A DNA stretch of 64,000 nucleotides from an uncultured Actinomycetota bacterium (GTDB lineage: Bacteria > Actinomycetota > Actinomycetes > Propionibacteriales > Nocardioidaceae). Positions 50,254 through 61,290 of this stretch are shown here, piece after piece; within the stretch, counting starts at the first letter, position 1, and each line of letters opens with the position of its first letter. The notes below the pieces were generated by a model. It did not search any database, was not told the DNA's origin, and worked only from the letters and a program-made list of their open reading frames with translations. The stretch is from NCBI GenBank assembly GCA_963761965.1, contig CAVXIX010000013.1, forward strand, positions 84,880 to 148,879. Reading direction: 5' to 3'. The position numbers were made by a program, and so were the translations under genes.

Positions 50254-51544
50254 ATGGCAACCACTCCCCAACCTGCACAGCTCACCGACATCGCGGGCCG
50301 CCTCAGACGGCACTGGCCAGTCGTCGCCGTGCTGGCGATCCTCGGCCTGATCCTCGGCGTCCTGGCATCGTTCGCGATCCCGGCGAGCTACTCCGCAACC
50401 ACGACGGTGTCGGTCAACCCGATGAGCTCGGATCCGCTCAGCTCCATCGGTCGACAGCGCGCGCTCGATCAACATGCCGACCGAGAAGGGGCTCGTGACC
50501 TCACAGAAGGTCGCCGAGGCCGCCGCGCGTCTCCTGAGCGCCCACTCGATCGATGCGAAGCAGGTCAGGGAGTCGACCACGGTCGACATCCCGGACGACT
50601 CGTTGATCCTCACGATCCACTTCAGCGGAGACTCGGCCAAGGCGGCCGCGGACGGCGCCAACGCCGTCGCCGAGGCGTACCTCATGACCCGGCGAGCGGC
50701 GGCGTCCGACGAGGTCGACCGGCTCGTCAAGGCCGCCACGACTCAGATCGTCGAGATCCAGGACAAGGCGGACAAGCCGGCATACGACACCCCGATCGCC
50801 CGGCGATCGCTCAGCATCCAGGCCGACGCGCTCGGCACCAAGCTGGCTGAGCTCAGCAACTTCGACCTCAACCCGGGGCAGATCGTCGGCAAGGCCGACA
50901 TCCCGTCGAAGCCGTCCACGCCGAGCGCCGCGTCGCTCGGTCTCGCCGGGCTGTTCCTCGGCGTCCTCGCGGGCATCCCGATCGCCCTGCTCCGCAAGGA
51001 GGAGGACTCCGAGATCGGTGGCGTCGAAGGGCTCCACTCGATCGGCGACCAGATCGTCCTCGACGGGACGAAGGACACCAACCGCGCCGACACGTGGGAC
51101 ATCGCGGCGTTCATGCTCAAGATCCCTGCCGAGATCGGCACCGACGGCCCGTTCATCATCCTGGTCGACGCCGAGGAAGGCGCCGGACGCTCGGTCACGT
51201 GCGGCCAGGAGCTCGCCGACGCACTGCAGCGCCGCGGCCGCACCGCGCGGTTCGTCGACGCCGGCGCGATCAACGAAGGCAAGATCAGCCGGGGCTGGCC
51301 GACCGAGAAGAAGCGCACGACCTGGGCCGGCGAGATCATCATCATCGACACGACGCACCTGACGTCGGACGCCAACAAGGTGGCGCTCGCGACCCGCTCG
51401 GACTCGGTCCTGCTGGCTCGCTCGACGACCGACGATGCCGCGGCCCTGCGCCGGTTCTCCGGACTGCTCAAGTCCAAGAACGTCGACATCGCGCTCACGG
51501 CCCTGTTCCCGCCGCTCCCCGAGCTGATCGCCCTCAACCGCTGA
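50254..51544 (+). CDS. Polysaccharide co-polymerase (Wzz/Wzc-like) with degenerate kinase-like domain (frameshifted)
   Basis: LRRHWPVV-TM-PASYSATTTV; ANAVAEAY; PSKPSTP-TM; C-terminal EGAGRS, FVDAG, IIIIDT. Confidence 0.8.
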
Positions 51545-51565
51545 CCAAGAGCAAAGCGCCAAGCC

Positions 51566-51775
51566 CCGCAGCGGAACTCCCGCGAGGCGAGAACCCCGCT
51601 GCGGCAGGACGCGTCGAGGCAAGAACCCGCTGCAGGAACTCACCGCAAGGCAGCAAGGCCGCCGCGGAACTCACCGCGAGGTGAAGCAGCCCGCCGCGGC
51701 AGGGCGCCGCAAGGCAGAAAGGACCGCTGCGGACCTCACCGCGAGGTGAAAAGAACTGCTGCGGGAGGGCGCCGA
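51566..51775 (+). repeat. Degenerate tandem array, 7 units of about 32 bp (CCGCNGCGG plus GNRA mini-hairpin)
   Basis: Cores at 51566, 51596, 51627, 51659, 51691, 51724, 51756. Confidence 0.8.
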
Positions 51776-51873
51776 GCTCAGGGGTCCGTTACGACCCGTC
51801 GACGAGCGGACGACACCGCGCGAGCCGACGACGCAACGGCGCTTGTCGATGGGTCGTCAACTGACCCGTGAGC
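51776..51873. repeat. Long imperfect inverted repeat (REP-like element or bidirectional terminator)
   Basis: GCTCAGGGGTCCGTTACGACCCGTCGACGAGCG ... CGCTTGTCGATGGGTCGTCAACTGACCCGTGAGC. Confidence 0.7.
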
Positions 51874-51966
51874 GCTGGTGACACCAACGCACCGCAAGCC
51901 AACGACGCAAAACGCGGCAGCCCAACGACGCAAGCGCCAGCCAAACGCCCCAACCCCCGAGCCACA

Positions 51967-53466
51967 TCAACCCCGGTGCTCGACGAGCGCCACGAGACCC
52001 AGCGACCGGCGAAGGCACCAGCTGAGCCCGAGGTAGATCGCGCCGATCACGACGAAGGCTCCGCCGAGCACCGGAAGCGACGATCCCAGCACGACGCGTG
52101 CCGCCACGCCGAGCACGCCGACGACTGCGAGTGACAGCCCTGCGGCGACGAGCAGGTGACCGCCCCGCGGGCGTACGCCCATGAGCCGCTGCACCTGCCA
52201 CACGACGACGAGCGTGTCAGCGATGATCGTGATGGCCCACGCCACCGCCGCGCCCTCGATGCCCCACAGCGGGATCAGGACGAGGTCGAGCGCGATGTTG
52301 AGCACGAGTGCCAACGACTTGTCGGCGAGCTGCCAGCTGCTCCGGCCGCCCATCAGCAGGATCGTCTGGACGGTCCCGGCGGCGGTGGCCAGGCCCATCG
52401 CGACGCACAGGACCGCGAGGGACACCGCGCCGTCGTCGAATCCGGGGCCGAACAGCGTGAGCACCGCGTCGCCGAAGATCGCCAGCAGGAGGAAGAACGG
52501 CCACGCCAGCCAGATCATCGCCGCGGTCACGAGACCGTAGATCTCCCGCGCCGTCTGCACGTCGCCGCGCGCGAGGGCGGCGCTGACCTGGGGTCCGACC
52601 GCGACCCGGGCGGCGGTCTGGATGACTTCGCCGGCGCGTGCGCAGCGTGGTGACGACGGCGTAGATGCCGGCCTGCTCCGGCGATGTGAGGGCGCCGACC
52701 AGGAGGACGTCCATCCACTCCAGCAGGATCTCCACGGCGGCCGACACGCCTCGTGTCGCGCTGAAGGCCCAGAACTCCGCGGACAGCCTGCGGTGGTCGG
52801 CCGTGCGCGCGGGAGCCGGCGCGAGGCCGCCCGCGTGATGCACCGTCAGGCGTACGGCGACGGCCGTTGCGGCGGCCAGGACGATCGCCACCGGCGCGAG
52901 CCAGGCACCGAGGATCCCGACGACTCCCCATCCCGCCAGGACCGCGAGGCCACTCCGACCAGGCGCAGGACCGGCAGGCCGATGCTCTGCAGCAGGGGGT
53001 ACGCCAGGACGCCACCGAGACCACGCACGATCGCGAGGATCACCGCCAGCAGCGACGACAGCACGGCGGTGACGGCTGCGAGGACGACGAAGCTCGCGGG
53101 CAGCGAGTCGAACAGCTGGGGGTACGTGCTGACCGCCGCGGCCGCGACGCCGACGACCAGCGCACCCGCGACGAGGACCGGGCCCAGTGCGACTCGCGCG
53201 AGGCGGGGCACGTCGGCTTCGCGGCCACGGGCGCGGGCCGCCGACACATAGCGCACCAGGCCGGTGTCGGCACCGAGCTCGGCGACGCTGGACACGATCA
53301 TGAAGACCGCGACCACCAGGAAGTAGGTGCCGGCCCCGACCGTGCCCAGGTGGTGACCGACGATCGCCGCCAGCAGCAGCCCGATCACCGAGCCGATTCC
53401 ACCGCCGACCAGGTTGACCGCACCGGCCCAGGCGATGCCGCGCGACTCGGCCCTCGTGTCAGCCAT
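51967..53466 (-). CDS. Oligosaccharide flippase Wzx (frameshifted)
   Basis: ELGADTGLVRYV, DVLLVG...AGIYAV, LFGPGF, LIPLWGIEGAAVAW; many TMs. Confidence 0.85.
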
Positions 53467-54766
53467 CGGCGCTGGGGCCGCCCGGTTCGGTGTCGTCGAG
53501 GCCGTAGCGGCGGCGCAGCAGCATGGCCGCCACCAGCATGATCGTGAGGAACTGCATGATGTCGAGCCCGTAGACGACGATGATGGCGCTCGCCACGACC
53601 AGCACGCTGTGCAGGACGAGGTCGACATCACCCGGCGCGCGGATCGTGCGCAACGTGGTGCCCCAGAGGAACGTGACGAACAGGGCCAGGCCGACGAACC
53701 CGAAGCTGAACATCAGCATCCAGACGTAGCCCTGCGTCCCGAGCGACACCTCGTGTGCCGGCGAGGGCCGGGGCGCGCCATAGCCGAGCAGTGGCGACTC
53801 GAGCGTCCGCCTGAACGTCTCCTCGTAGAGCGAGAACCTCGTCCCGGACGAGTCGCCGTAGTGCTGGCGGGTGGCGATCTGGTCGAGCAACCCGTTGCCG
53901 ACCAGCACGGCGGCCCCGACGACTCCGAGGACCGCGATCGCGAGCACGGGCGCTGCCCGGTCGCGCGCGGCCAGGCGCACCACGACGTACACCGCCGCGA
54001 GGATGAGCCCGGCGAACATGCCACGGTTGCCGGTCGCCATGGCCGGGGCGATCATCGCCGCGAGTCCTCCGACGATCGCGATGCGCAGGAGCAGGGACTT
54101 CGACATCAGGAAGCAGGCGACGGCCACGGGCGTGAGCAGCACGATCGCGACGCCCCAGCTGTTGGCGTACGGGAACGGTGCCGACGGGCGGACGAACGTC
54201 TGCGGCGAGCCCCACGGGTGCTGGATCTCGGCGAACGGCGGGAAGAACAGGTCGTGGACGTAGGCGTTGCTGGTCAGCGAGTCAGGCAGCAGCAGGCCGA
54301 CGGGGGTCGACAGGCGCACCTCGGGGAACGCCATGCCCAGCAGGCCGCCGGCGATCGCGACGAACCACACGAACGTCAGCCCGTTGACGATCCGGCGCCG
54401 GCTCAGCGCGCTGCCGGCACTGATCGTGTAGACGAACGCCGTGCCGACGATCGCGAGGATCGAGAACCGGTAGATCAGGCCGAGCATGCGGGCGGAGGAG
54501 TCGATCATGATCGGCGCACGGGATGACCCAGACGACGAATGCCGTGAAGGCGTAGACGCCGGGCACGAAGCGGACTGCCCGGCTGTGCGCGAGGAACGAC
54601 AGCATCACGACCGTCAGCAGGACCCCGCTGATGACCGTGGCGCCGAGCGCCCAGAAGACCGGGAAATCCCCACAGCAGCGTCAGGACCGGCCACGCCGGG
54701 AGGCTGTCGCGGCCGAGCCGCGGCAGCCGACGCCACGTCCTGATCGTTGGCGACCGCCGCACTCAT
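53459..54766 (-). CDS. Wzy polymerase / O-antigen ligase family protein (frameshifted)
   Basis: RPSAPFPYANSWG, TGNRG, SPLLGYG, GTQG; many TMs. Confidence 0.8.
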
Positions 54767-55498
54767 GCGGGCTTCCTCGCCAGGGCCGCGAGCTCGCGGT
54801 AGCGCCGCACCAGCGTGGCAGCGAGCAGCAGCGCGTTGAGCGCGGCCATGATGCCGTACGCCCACAGGAAGCCCGTGGTCAGCGGCCACAGCAGGACCAC
54901 GAGGTTGAGCAGCCCGGTGTCGGCCGGGGCCTGGATCCAGGTGCCGAACCTCGGCACCGAGTCGGGGCCGGCGATCGGGATCGCGGCGAGCCAGCTGCTC
55001 GGCAAGGATCTGGGCGAAGAACCGGACGGTCGAGACGAGCCCGAACGCGAGCGGGATCAGCAGCACCGCATCGGGCACGTCCGCGAAGCGGTGGAGCCCG
55101 ATCAGGACCGCGAGGTGGAACAGCAGGTGACGGCCGGAGTCGACGACGTGATCGAGCCACTCCCCCGCCGGCGAGCCGCCGCCGCGCAGACGAGCCAGCT
55201 GGCCGTCCGCGGAGTCGAAGGCGAAGCCGAGCTGCAGCAGGAGCGTCGCCCCGATCGCGGAGGCGGCACTCGGGGTGACGGCCACCAGCAGGGTGACCCC
55301 GCCGAGGAAGGACGCGAAGCTCGCCGCGGTCATGTGGTTGGGCGTGAACCGGCCCTGCGCCGCGACCGACGCGATCGCCCGGCCGAGTCGCCGATTGACG
55401 GCGCGCATGTACCACGGCACACCCGCGCCGCTCTTCTGGGCGTTGGCCAGCTCCCGGTACGCGCCGCGCACTCCCGGCCTGGTGACGACGTCGCTCAT
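54763..55498 (-). CDS. CDP-alcohol phosphatidyltransferase family protein (frameshifted)
   Basis: TPNHMT; signature DSADGQLARLRGGGSPAGEWLDHVVD. Confidence 0.88.
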
Positions 55499-58351
55499 GA
55501 GGTCGCGATCAGGCGGAGGTCCATGCTGCTGCTGGGCGTGGTCCGGTAGTTGGAGTGCACCTCGACCGCGATGCTGTTGGTCCCGGCCTGCAGCAGCGCC
55601 ACCGGGACGTCGAACGTCACCTCGTTGGCGATCGCCGTCGCGGTGCTGGGGGCGGAGCTGGCGTACGTACCGGCGGCGAGCGCGCCGGCCGGGAGGTTGG
55701 ACCGACCGACCTCCGTGCCGTTGACGTACACCGCGACGCCGTCATCCGCCCGAGTCGTGAGCTTGACGGTCTTGAGCGTGCTGGGATCCGCGACCGTGAA
55801 CGACCTGCGGTAGTACGAGGTCAGGGCCCGGGTCTGTCCCGCCGCCACGTCGATGTTGGTCGCGATCGGCCCGGTTCCCCAGCCCAGCGGCGCGGCGCCG
55901 GTTGCCCAGCGAGCCGCGTGTCGGTCTGCCACGTCCCGGCGACGGCCGTGGTGTTGTTGAAGTAGTAGGACCACGTGGCACCGGCCGGTACGAGCGTCGT
56001 CGTGACCGACCCGGCCGTCGCGACCGTCACGGGGGTGGAGGCCGAGCGGTTGCCCCAGCTGTCCACCGCGCGTACGAAGAAGCGGTCTCCGGCCGAGACG
56101 CCGGGCACCGTCGCGCGTCGTCGTGGTGCTCGTCGCGACGACGCGGTCGTTGCGCAGCACCTCGTAGCTGACACCCGACGTCGAGCTCGCGCTCCAGCTG
56201 ACCGTCGCCGCTCCGTTCGCGGCGACGACCTTGAGGTTGCGCCGGCGTGCCGGGCGCCGTGTGCGGGCGTGGGGCGAACCTCACGAAGCCGCCGACCCAG
56301 CCGTTGCTGCCGTTCTCCTTGACCGCCGAGGTGAAGGTGCCGCCGGCCCAGAGCGTGCCGTCGGTCGCGACCTGCAGAGCCCATGCGCCCCGGCCCTGCG
56401 CGAGCCTTCAGCTCAGGCGTGAAGTCGGGAACGTAGTCGCCGCTGGCCGGGTCCCAGGCGCCGACGAAGAAGATCTTGTCGGCCTGCGACCAGGTGATGT
56501 CGGTCGAGCCGGCGCTTCGTCGAGTCGTACGCCGCGGTGTCCTCGTAGACCCAGTTGAGGCAGTGGCAGCCCGCGAACACGAGCCCGTTGCCCGCCGTGA
56601 TCGCCTGGATGTCGCCGCCGGACTTGGTGATGTGGGTGTTCTCGAGGGCGAAGCGTGCTCTTGTTGTAGGAGAACATGCTGTGCTGCGAGCCGCCGAGCC
56701 AGACCTTGTTGCCGACCTCCTTGACCGCCTGCTGGTAGCGGGCCGTCCCGGAGGTGCTGAACGTCGGCTGCCACGTCGGCGTGATCCGGGGCGCGCCGGT
56801 CGCGGTGCTGAACGCCGCGGCCCGATCGGCCGTGACGCTCTTGGCGGTCGTGAAGTAGCCCGAGAAGTAGACCCGCGACTTGTCGTCGCTGACGTCCAGC
56901 GCCGTGCCGGTGCCGTTGAACTCGGGGTTCCAGCTGCTGTCGGCCGTGCCGTTGGACAGCAGGATCCGCGCGCCACCCTTGGCGTACCGGTCGGCGACGC
57001 CGGGCTTGGTGAAGTGCGTGAAGGCGCCGGTCGCGTAGAGATAGGTGCCGTCGGTGTCGAGCCCGCGCACCGAGACGGTGCTGCCGCCGGCCGCCCGGTT
57101 CGCGACATTCGTCTGCCAGCTCGTGTCGAGCGCACCTGTCGTCGGGTCGAGCACGACAAGGCCCGAGCGGGCGACCGCGCCGACCTTGGTGAACTCGCCA
57201 CCGACCGCGAGCCGGCCGTCGGGCAGCGCGACGAGCGCCTTGACCTGGCTGTTGAGGACGGGCTTGAACGCCGGGATGTAGTCGCCGGTCGTCGCGTTGA
57301 ACGCCGCGAGGTAGGGCTGCGAGACCTTGTCGGAGCCCGACGCGGCAGAGCCCTTCTGCACCGTCGTGAAGTTGCCGCCGACGTACATGACATTGCCGAT
57401 CTGGGCGAACGCCTGGACCTCGGAGGCGTTCTCGCTCGTACCGCCCGCGCCGAGCCCGGTCACGCCCCACGTGGAGGTCAGCGAGCCGTTCTTGGGCACC
57501 GCCTTGATGGTCTGCGCCGAGGTGCCCGAGCTGGGGATCGCGGCGAACGTCAGGTCGCTGGTCCGCAACGTCGGCCTGATGAACACCTGCGTGAAGGGCG
57601 TTCCGTAGTCGCCGCCGGCGGAGGAGTAGATGTAGCTGCTGCTCGAGGTGGAGCCCTCGCCATCCTTGCCGAAGTTGAACCCGCGGACGTAGTCGTTGTT
57701 GGACGACTCGTACGTCCACATCCGCTTGTAGCTCGAGTCGGCCGCGATGTCGTACGTCGTGACGTTCGAGACCGTGGTGCCGCCGATCGTGGCCGAGGCG
57801 AGCGGATAGCCGGCGCCGAACGCCCAGCTCCAGCGGTCGCGGGTGTTCGCGCGGTACTTCCAGCGCGCCTCCTGCCAGCTCGTGCCGGCCTGGTTGATCG
57901 CGCGACGGATGCGGACACCGTCGCTGAACGAGTCGAGGCGCCGTCCGCCGAGCAGGCCGTCGACGACCCTCGAGTCCAGCTGGCGCGGCTTGAACGCGCC
58001 GGTGCCGGTGACCGTGCCGGCGACCTGGGCGGGCGTGCCGTTGCCGTTGTAGGCGAGCGACCAGTTCTCGCGGCCGCGACCGACGAGCTCCCAGCCGCCG
58101 CCGTCGGTCGTCATGTCGCAGTAGATCTCGGTGGGCACCTGCAGCTGCGGCGTCAGGATCCAGTACACCCCGCTCGCAGCGCCGGAATCGACCTGCTTGG
58201 CCTCCCAGCAGGACGCGGCGGCCGTCGCCTGGGTCGTGCCGTCGTTGGTGACAGCGGCCTGCGCAGCGCCACCGACGGCGACCAGCGCGCCGGTCGAGAT
58301 GACGGCAGCGGCCACCAACAGGCGGGCATGACGAAGAGTTGGAGCTCGCAC
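55495..58351 (-). CDS. Large secreted protein: fibrinogen-like YCDxxxxGGGW domain, beta-propeller-like repeats, FN3-like and C-terminal beta-sandwich (frameshifted)
   Basis: Signal peptide ...AAQA; SCWE...SGVYWI...YCDMTTDGGGWELVG; repeats VGGNFT, VGGEFT, TGAFT, SGYFT, GGTFT; VRAVDSWGNRS; RADDGVAVYVNGTEV...AVEVH. Confidence 0.8.
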
Positions 58352-58489
58352 GACGAAGTAATTCCTCAGACTTGGGCGACAGTGGCCGGACTCCGACACA
58401 GTCGGGTCCCAGAGGTATAGAGGCTCAAACCGCCTGGTCATGACGAGGGAAGACGCTCAAATCCGCGAGACGTACGTCACGGGCGCGGG

Positions 58490-59318
58490 TCAGGCGTCGC
58501 GGCGGACGAACAGCGCGTACGAGCCGGCGAGCAGCGCACCGACGAACACCGCCATGACGACACCGCCGCCGACCGCTCCGAACGGCACCACGCCGAAGAA
58601 GCTGAGCAGGTCCGTCGAGTCGACGCCCGGGTGTACATCTGTCCCCCGGCGTCATACGGCAGGTACTTGAGGACCTGCACGAGTCCGCCCGTGCCCTCGG
58701 GGGTCGTCGGACAAGGACTTGATCGCCAGGATGATCGCCTTGATGATCTGCTCGACCAGGCTCGGCACCAACATCAGGAGCGCGACCGCGGCGGTCTGGT
58801 TGCGGGTGATGCGCGGCGTACGCCAGACCGGACAGCGCGAACAGCGCCGTGAAGAGCACCGTGCCCACCGTGAGGTTGACCAGCTCACTCGTCGACGGCA
58901 TGTCGAGGCCGAAGCACGATCAGCTCAGCGAGGGCGATCAGCCGATGCAGCCGAGCGCCGCCGCGGCCGCGATGACGGCGGTCGAGATGACCTTCGCGAC
59001 GAACACGTGTGTCCGGTTCGGGCACCGCCGTCAGGGTCGCCCGGATCATGCCGTGGCGATACTCGTGCCCCGTGGAGAACACCCCGAGCAGCCCGATGAT
59101 GTAGGCGATGAACAGCGGCGCGAGGCCCGTCGACGCACCGATCGTCGCGAGGATGTCGAAGGCGTCGTCGCCGCTGGGCGGATTCGCCGAGACCGACATG
59201 CGCCAGGCGATCAGCAGGGACATGACGAGCTGGAACGAGCCAGCGCCAGGCCGAGCAGCCAGTAGGTCGAGCGGATCGTGCGCAGCCGCATGTACTCGTA
59301 GCGCAGGGCGTCGATCAT
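58490..59318 (-). CDS. ABC transporter permease (frameshifted)
   Basis: ALRYEYMRLRTIRSTY, GHEYRHGMIRATLTAVP, C-terminal FVRRDA. Confidence 0.8.
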
Positions 59319-60234
59319 GCGTCCTCACCTGACGTCCCCGGAACTCCTCGGACAGGCCCGTCGCCGCGAGGAATGCCTCCTCGAGCGTCGCCTGCCGCGT
59401 CGCGAGCTGGTGCAGCCGCGCACCCGCTGGCATGCGCGGCGTCGCCGATCTGCTCAGCCGTGCACCCGCTGACGACGAGGACGTCGCCCTCCTCGGCGAG
59501 CGTCGCGCCGAGCGCCGTCAAGGCCGGCGCGAGCAGCAGCGGCGTCGGGCGTACGGACCTCGACCGTGCCGAGCCCGCTGCCGGTGACGAAGTCGGCCAC
59601 GGGACCGTTCGCGATCATCTGGCCGCGGCCGATCACGACGAGCTCGTCGGCCAGCACCGCCATCTCCTGGAGGAGGTGGCTCGAGACGAACACCGACGCG
59701 ACCCTCGCCCGCGAGGTGCTTGAGCAGGTTGCGCAGCCAGGTGATGCCCTGCGGGTCGAGGCCGTTGCTCGGCTCGTCGAGGATCAGCGTGTCGGGATCG
59801 CCCAGCAGCGCGCCGGCGATCCCGAGGCGTTGCCCCATGCCGAGGCTGAACTTGCCCGGCTTGCCTCCGGCGACCGTCGTCAGCCCGACCATCTCGAGGA
59901 CCTGGTCGACCCGCGCGTCGGGGATGCGGTTGGGCGCCGCGAGCATCCGCAGGTGGTTGCGAGCATGACGCGTCGGGTGGAACGGCTTGGCCTCGAGCAG
60001 CGCGCCGACGTGACGCATGGGGTGGTCGAGCTCCCCGAACGTCTTGCCGTCGTACGTCGTGGCGCCCTCGCCGCGGTCGAGCCCCAGCATGAGCCGCATC
60101 GTGGTCGACTTGCCCGAACCGTTGGGCCCGAGGAATCCGGTGACGCTGCCGGGGTGCACCTCGAACGACAGGTCGTTGACGGCGCGCGTCGAGCCGTACG
60201 ACTTCCCGAGCCCGTCTGCCCTGATCAGCGCCAT
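59315..60234 (-). CDS. ABC transporter ATP-binding protein (frameshifted)
   Basis: GPNGSGKST, FSLGMGQR, ILDEPSNGLDP, SSHLL. Confidence 0.9.
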
Positions 60235-60285
60235 GTGCACACCCTTTCACGCGGCACCTGAGACCCGACGGCATACCGTGCAGGT

Positions 60286-61146
60286 ATGAACAGCGTGAGG
60301 CGCAACGAGTCCTTCCGGCCGATCGAGGACGGGGTCGCGACCGACCTGCGCGGCGAGATGACGTACGCGAGCTATCTCCAGCTGCCGACCCTGCTGTCGG
60401 CGCAGCAGCCGGTCTCGGACCACCACGACGAGATGCTGTTCATCGTCCAGCACCAGGTCACCGAGCTGTGGCTCAAGCAGCTGATCCACGAGCTGCGATC
60501 CGCCATCGCCCTGATCGCCGCCGACGACCTGCCGCCCGCACTCAAGCGGCTGGCCAGGGTCAAGGCGATCCAGCGGCAGATGTTCGAGCAGTGGGCCGTG
60601 CTGGAGACGCTGACGCCGATCGAGTACGCCCAGTTCCGCGACTCGCTCGGCAAGGCGTCAGGCTTCCAGTCGCCGCAGTACCGGACCGTCGAGTTCCTGC
60701 TCGGCAACAAGAACCCGCAGATGATCAAGGTCTTCGAGCACGACGAGGCACTGCGGTCGGCGTTGCAGGCCGACCTCGAGGCGCCGAGCCTCTACGACGA
60801 GTTCCTGCGGTTCCTGGCGCGGCAGGGGCACGCCGTCCCGGCGGCCGTGCTGGAGCGCGACGTCACCCAGCCGTACGTCGCCGATCCCGGCGTGATCGAG
60901 GTGCTCCGCCTGATCTACGCCGACCCCGACACCCACTGGGCGGCGTACGAGATGTGCGAGGAGCTCGTCGACGTCGAGGGCAGCTTCCAGCTGTGGCGGT
61001 TCCGGCACCTCAAGACCGTCGAGCGCATCATCGGCTTCAAGCGCGGAACCGGCGGATCGTCCGGCGTGAGCTTCCTGCAGAAGGCCCTCGAGCTGCAGTT
61101 CTTCCCTGAGCTGCTGGACGTGCGGACGCACATCGGCGCTCCCTGA
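60286..61146 (+). CDS. kynA: Tryptophan 2,3-dioxygenase
   Basis: [38 protein letters not shown]...[12 protein letters not shown]; intact. Confidence 0.93.
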   Translation: MNSVRRNESFRPIEDGVATDLRGEMTYASYLQLPTLLSAQQPVSDHHDEMLFIVQHQVTELWLKQLIHELRSAIALIAADDLPPALKRLARVKAIQRQMFEQWAVLETLTPIEYAQFRDSLGKASGFQSPQYRTVEFLLGNKNPQMIKVFEHDEALRSALQADLEAPSLYDEFLRFLARQGHAVPAAVLERDVTQPYVADPGVIEVLRLIYADPDTHWAAYEMCEELVDVEGSFQLWRFRHLKTVERIIGFKRGTGGSSGVSFLQKALELQFFPELLDVRTHIGAP

Positions 61147-61165
61147 GGCGCCTGGTCCGGGCAGC

Positions 61166-61190
61166 AAAAAGAGGGGCGAACTGCCCCTCT
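61166..61190 (-). terminator. Intrinsic terminator AGAGGGGC-AGTTC-GCCCCTCT-TTTT on the minus strand
   Basis: 8-bp stem with a U-tract on the minus strand only. Confidence 0.7.
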
Positions 61191-61212
61191 ACTTCCAAGA
61201 TATAGCGCAGCA

Positions 61213-61234
61213 GGGGGCTTGCCGCAAGACCCCC
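61213..61234. promoter_or_regulatory. Rifamycin-associated element (RAE) palindrome
   Basis: GGGGGCTTGCCGCAAGACCCCC resembles the RAE consensus (GGGGCTTGCGGCAAGGCCC-like) and lies directly upstream of helR. Confidence 0.85.
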
Positions 61235-61290
61235 GTGGTGCCCCAGAATGGCCGGCCGAAGCCGAAACCTACTGCCATGGGAGCACCACT

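Noticed and set aside
51566-51775. CRISPR array
   Set aside because: Units are contiguous degenerate repeats without unique spacers; no leader or cas genes
51545-52201. Repeat-protein ORF in the array region
   Set aside because: Period is not a multiple of 3, in-frame TGA recurs and codon usage is atypical
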